Positions 59,967 to 64,000 of a stretch of 64,000 nucleotides of DNA are shown here, one piece after another. The stretch's first letter is position 1; each line of letters begins with the position of its first letter. The notes under the pieces are model-generated. The model had not been told where the DNA came from. It saw nothing but the letters and a program-made list of their open reading frames with translations, and searched no databases. Made by a program: the position numbers and the translations under genes. Source of the DNA: an uncultured Aliarcobacter sp. (GTDB taxonomy: Bacteria > Campylobacterota > Campylobacteria > Campylobacterales > Arcobacteraceae); NCBI GenBank assembly GCA_963677435.1, contig OY781945.1, forward strand, positions 2,272,001 to 2,336,000, read 5' to 3'.

Positions 59967-61635
59967 CTAATAATCCTTGTTTTATCATCAATTTAGCTTT
60001 ACAATCTTCACAGCAATATAAGGTTCTTTTTTTAGTTTCACTTGATTTTGCAAAAATAGGACCCATAATAGAAGCGATTTTTTCAATGGCTTTAGTTGTA
60101 GCAAACTCTTTTCCACACTCAACACAGGCAAAAAGTTTATCTTTAGCTAAGATATTTTCTTTAAACCACATAGGTTGTAATTGAATTTCATCCCTTTGGA
60201 TTGTTAAACAATCCTTTTCTGGACAACTAACTTCACAATAACCACAAGATGTACAAAGTGAGGGATTTACTCTTAAAGTAAAGTCACTCTCATTTGCAAA
60301 TATTGCATCCACATTACAAGCTCCAACACAAGATAAACATAAAGTACAGTTATCTTGGTTTACTTTTACAGTTCCATAATGTATATGTTCACCAGTTGTA
60401 ACTACTCCTAAATCTTCATTTCCTACAATTTTTTGTAACCTTTGAGAAAAAACTTCTCTTTTTTTAAGACCACTTTGATTGAAATTAAAATAAGAGTCTT
60501 CAACAAAAGATACTTTTTCTAAAGCTAAGATTAACTCTTCTTCATTACTAGCTACTAAAATAGCATCTAAACCAAATCTTTTTTGATAAATATCATTTAA
60601 AATTCTAATTGAATCAGCTGTACCTTTTGAAAGAAAATCACTATAAAAAATAACTTGAGAACCACTAAGTTGAAGTAATGTTAAAAATGAAGATTCATCT
60701 AAAAATTTCTCACCCTCAATTGCAAAAGGTAAAACATTATCTTTTAATTGAAGTTCTAAACTTTGAATATTCATTTTTAAAGGAAGTATTAAAGGGTGTG
60801 TATCTTTATAAAATTTACTCATTTCAAATAAAGAATCCCTATTTGTAGGTGCATAATCAAGGGAACCACTTGGACAAACAGAAACACAGCCACCACAGCC
60901 ATGACAATCAATTTGAGAAAAAGTTAAAGTTTTAGTTTTATCATTTTTAGTAATTGCAACAGTAGGACAAACATCTTCACATTTACTACAAATTTCAACT
61001 CTTCTTTCATTATATTGACAAATTGTGGGATCATATGTAGTGAATTTTTTATAAGAATATGAGTTGATATTTTGTTTTAATAAATCAATCACCTCTTGAA
61101 TATTTGATAAATTAGTGTTAAAAATACCACTTCTTTCTTTTTGTGTTTGTTTTGCATCAAACCAAACAATTTGAGAAACATTCAAAGTAACATCTTCACC
61201 CTCATCATCAACAATAACTTGTAAGTTTCCAATATTTCCAGAAATAGATTTTAAAATATCTGCACTTATTGAAAAAAGTTCAAAATCTTTTGCTTCAACA
61301 TTTGATAAAAAGCTATCATATTCATCTTGTGAATTTACAATTATTAAAACTTCATTTGAGATTTCAGCAGAATAAGGAATATCTAAAGCAAAATCATATT
61401 TTGTTGCTGCTATTTCATAAAGTTTTAAAACATTTTTGATTTTATTTGATAGGTTGTCTTGTGAATTTTTTATATAAAAGTCAATTTCTTGAGCACTTAA
61501 TTCACTACTTATTTCAGGTGTATTAGAAATTAGAAATTTTTGATTTTTAGTATCTTCGATATTTGATGTTACAAATATCTGCTCACTAACGGGAAAATCA
61601 AGCCCAGAAGCATTATAATAAATAAACTCTTGCAT
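59959..61635 (-). CDS. multi-[4Fe-4S] protein of the fdh cluster
   Basis: CSKCEDVCP, CHGCGGCVSVCP, CTLCLSCVGAC, CTSCGYCEVSCP, CVEC...CEDC. Confidence 0.88.
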   Translation of the reverse strand: MQEFIYYNASGLDFPVSEQIFVTSNIEDTKNQKFLISNTPEISSELSAQEIDFYIKNSQDNLSNKIKNVLKLYEIAATKYDFALDIPYSAEISNEVLIIVNSQDEYDSFLSNVEAKDFELFSISADILKSISGNIGNLQVIVDDEGEDVTLNVSQIVWFDAKQTQKERSGIFNTNLSNIQEVIDLLKQNINSYSYKKFTTYDPTICQYNERRVEICSKCEDVCPTVAITKNDKTKTLTFSQIDCHGCGGCVSVCPSGSLDYAPTNRDSLFEMSKFYKDTHPLILPLKMNIQSLELQLKDNVLPFAIEGEKFLDESSFLTLLQLSGSQVIFYSDFLSKGTADSIRILNDIYQKRFGLDAILVASNEEELILALEKVSFVEDSYFNFNQSGLKKREVFSQRLQKIVGNEDLGVVTTGEHIHYGTVKVNQDNCTLCLSCVGACNVDAIFANESDFTLRVNPSLCTSCGYCEVSCPEKDCLTIQRDEIQLQPMWFKENILAKDKLFACVECGKEFATTKAIEKIASIMGPIFAKSSETKKRTLYCCEDCKAKLMIKQGLLDA

Positions 61636-61788
61636 AAACTATGCCCTTTTTTTGGTAAAAAATATTTTACCTTATTTTATATGTTTAGAAATTAAACACA
61701 ACTTAAATATTAAAAAATTTTTTACCATTTTTATAATCTCAAACATGGGATTCAAAGCTTTTTTTGCAAGTTTTATGTACACTTTCTT

Positions 61789-62943
61789 ATGTCAAAAAAA
61801 ATATTACTATTTATATCTATATTTATTATTTTTTATATCTGTTTCAGAAATGAAGTGTTCAAAGATAAAACTTTGATAATTGGTTCTTCTCTTCCAAATA
61901 GTGGAATCATTAAATCATGGGGAGAGTCTGTATCAAGTGGAGTTAATGCTTATTTTAATTATGCAAATGAAAATAATTTGATTAAAAATAAAAAATTAAA
62001 ATTTTTAGTTTATGATGATAAATATGAACCTGAACTAACATTTGAAAATACTAAAAAATTAATTTTTCAAGATAAAGTTTTTGCCCTTTTTGGTTTTGTT
62101 GGAACTCCTACTGTAAAAAGAATTTTACCTATTTTATATGATGAAAATATCCCATTTTTTTCTGCATTTACAGGCGCTTCTTTTTTAAGAGACAATAAAA
62201 ACCAAAACTTTATAAATTTTAGAAGTTCTTATTCTCAAGAGATAGAGACTTTAATAAACTATTTAAGTGATAAAAAGAAGTTAAATAAAATTGCAGTTTT
62301 TTATCAAAATGATGATTATGGTGAAGAGGGTTATATCTCGTTGCTTAATTCACTAAAAAAAAGAGATTTAAAACTTATTGCTGAGGGTTCATATAAAAGA
62401 AATACTTTATCAATAAATCATGCTTTTAATGAAATGAAAGATGTAAATCCTGAAATAATTTTTATTATTGGAGCATATAAAACAAACTCTTTATTTATAA
62501 AAAAAGCAAAAGAGCATGAAAATTTAAAAAATGTAATATTTTGTAATATCTCTTTTGGAGATAGTGATTCTATGGTAAAAGAGTTAAAAAATCTAGGTGC
62601 TAATAGTGATAATATAATTTTTTCGCAAGTTGTTCCAAGTTATGAAAACACGAATATTGGCGCTGTAAAAGAATATCAACAAATCATGAAGAAATACTAT
62701 CCAAATGAGCCTTTTGGATTTTTATCCCTTGAAGCTTTTTTATCTTCAAAGGTTTTAGTAAATGCAATTTCAAGAATTACAGGAGATATAACTAGAGAAA
62801 AACTACTTTATATGCTAAAAACAACTCCTAATAATTTATTAACTGGTATTCCATTAGAATATAAAAATTCACAACTTTTAAATAAAACTTATCTTTTTGA
62901 ATATAAAAATGATAAATTTATAGAGCTAAAAAATGAAAAATAA
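61789..62943 (+). CDS. periplasmic ligand-binding protein (LivJ/type I PBP-like)
   Basis: N-terminal anchor, YDDKYEP, LFGFVGTPT, NFRSSY, FYQNDDYG. Confidence 0.85.
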   Translation: MSKKILLFISIFIIFYICFRNEVFKDKTLIIGSSLPNSGIIKSWGESVSSGVNAYFNYANENNLIKNKKLKFLVYDDKYEPELTFENTKKLIFQDKVFALFGFVGTPTVKRILPILYDENIPFFSAFTGASFLRDNKNQNFINFRSSYSQEIETLINYLSDKKKLNKIAVFYQNDDYGEEGYISLLNSLKKRDLKLIAEGSYKRNTLSINHAFNEMKDVNPEIIFIIGAYKTNSLFIKKAKEHENLKNVIFCNISFGDSDSMVKELKNLGANSDNIIFSQVVPSYENTNIGAVKEYQQIMKKYYPNEPFGFLSLEAFLSSKVLVNAISRITGDITREKLLYMLKTTPNNLLTGIPLEYKNSQLLNKTYLFEYKNDKFIELKNEK

Positions 62944-64000
62944 ATTTAATTTTTTAATCTCATATTTTGATAGTTTAGATTTTAAATATAAAACATCTTT
63001 CTTAGTTTTTATAATTGCTGGTGGAATGATTTGTATTATTATTTTATCTCAAATATCTATTTTTACAATGAAACATGATTTTGATATTTTATTTGAAAAA
63101 AGAACGAAAAGTTTGATGCAACTTGAACATATAAAAGACTCCTACAAAGTAAATATTCAAGATACATTATTTGATTTTGAAAGAAAACAAATTACTTATC
63201 AACAAAGTACAGAAATTTTACAATTAGCCCAAGAAATAATAGATAGAAACTGGTCTTTATACAAAGAACAAATTAAACTAAAAAACAAAGAATTTTTAAC
63301 AATATTCATAAAAACATTTATTATAAATGAAGAGAATTATTATGAAAATAAAGCTTTAAAACAGTCGATTATGGAAAATATTAATAAAAAAAGAGAAGTA
63401 ATAAAAAATGAAATTGATTCTATCAAATTAATAAACTCAGATGATTATTTTGCAAATATGAATCTTGAAATAAATGCAATTTCTATCTACCTTACAAGTT
63501 TGATTAATTATGATTTATCCCTTGCAATAAATGAAAAAAGAAATACTGATAAGATTTTTAATATTATTTTTATTTTTTCTATAATCTCTATTTTTATAGT
63601 ATTTTTGTTTTCAGTAATTTTATCTTTATTTATAATTAATAACTTTAAAAAATTACACAACTCTTTGGAGCAAAAAGTAAGTGAAAAAACCAAAGAACTT
63701 CAAGAGATAAACAATTATCTTGAGATAAAAATTTCTAAAGAAGTTGTACAAAACAGAAAAAAAGATATTATAATGTTTCAACAAGCAAGGTTTGCAAGTC
63801 TTGGAGAAATGCTAAATAATATTGCCCATCAATGGAGACAACCACTTGGTGCAATTACTATGATAATTCAAAGTTTTCAAACAAAAATGCCATTGGGGAA
63901 ATTAACACCTGCTTTTGTAGATGAGAAAGTAAATGATGCTTTACTTTTGGCAAATAATATGTCAAACACACTAGATGACTTCAAAAACTTCTTTTCACCA
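62933..64000 (+). CDS. membrane sensor histidine kinase, 3'-partial (missing from the ORF track)
   Basis: ATG at 62933, open to the window end; two TM helices; QQARFASLGEMLNNIAHQWRQPL H-box. Confidence 0.88.
   Translation, partial: MKNKFNFLISYFDSLDFKYKTSFLVFIIAGGMICIIILSQISIFTMKHDFDILFEKRTKSLMQLEHIKDSYKVNIQDTLFDFERKQITYQQSTEILQLAQEIIDRNWSLYKEQIKLKNKEFLTIFIKTFIINEENYYENKALKQSIMENINKKREVIKNEIDSIKLINSDDYFANMNLEINAISIYLTSLINYDLSLAINEKRNTDKIFNIIFIFSIISIFIVFLFSVILSLFIINNFKKLHNSLEQKVSEKTKELQEINNYLEIKISKEVVQNRKKDIIMFQQARFASLGEMLNNIAHQWRQPLGAITMIIQSFQTKMPLGKLTPAFVDEKVNDALLLANNMSNTLDDFKNFFSP

Noticed and set aside
1..64000. CRISPR arrays, tRNA/rRNA genes, IS elements, integrases, poly-G phase-variation tracts
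   Set aside because: None seen on reading; tRNAscan-SE, CRISPR finders and ISEScan would be needed to exclude them formally

Overview
Very AT-rich chromosomal window from a Campylobacterota bacterium, most likely Arcobacteraceae (inferred from protein sequences and gene repertoire). It carries about 60 genes and no rRNA, tRNA, CRISPR array, IS or prophage that I can see. Housekeeping and accessory content: partial MMPL/RND transporter, Dsb/TlpA thiol-disulfide operon, NdvB-like GH17-GT2 glucan synthase, BetT, glyA, ada, argD-like gene, rhlE, ycaO, two chemoreceptors, rnhA, a ridA-dadA-AGCS-alr D-amino-acid cluster with a divergent YheO-type regulator, dinB, and a complete formate dehydrogenase locus. 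The ORF track splits fdhA at an in-frame TGA that is a selenocysteine codon followed by a SECIS hairpin. Most notable: (1) the FdhC cytochrome b keeps the two periplasmic-heme histidines but appears to have lost both cytoplasmic-heme histidines and the quinone-site residues, and is co-encoded with a degenerate cysteine desulfurase and a twin-repeat Cys protein; (2) a Septu-like ABC-ATPase + HNH candidate defence pair; (3) a dGTPase sitting head-to-head with an apparently 5'-truncated gene; (4) an unannotated sRNA candidate and two long structured leaders; (5) a five-copy operator array in the D-amino-acid locus. All family assignments come from motif recognition by eye, not database searches.
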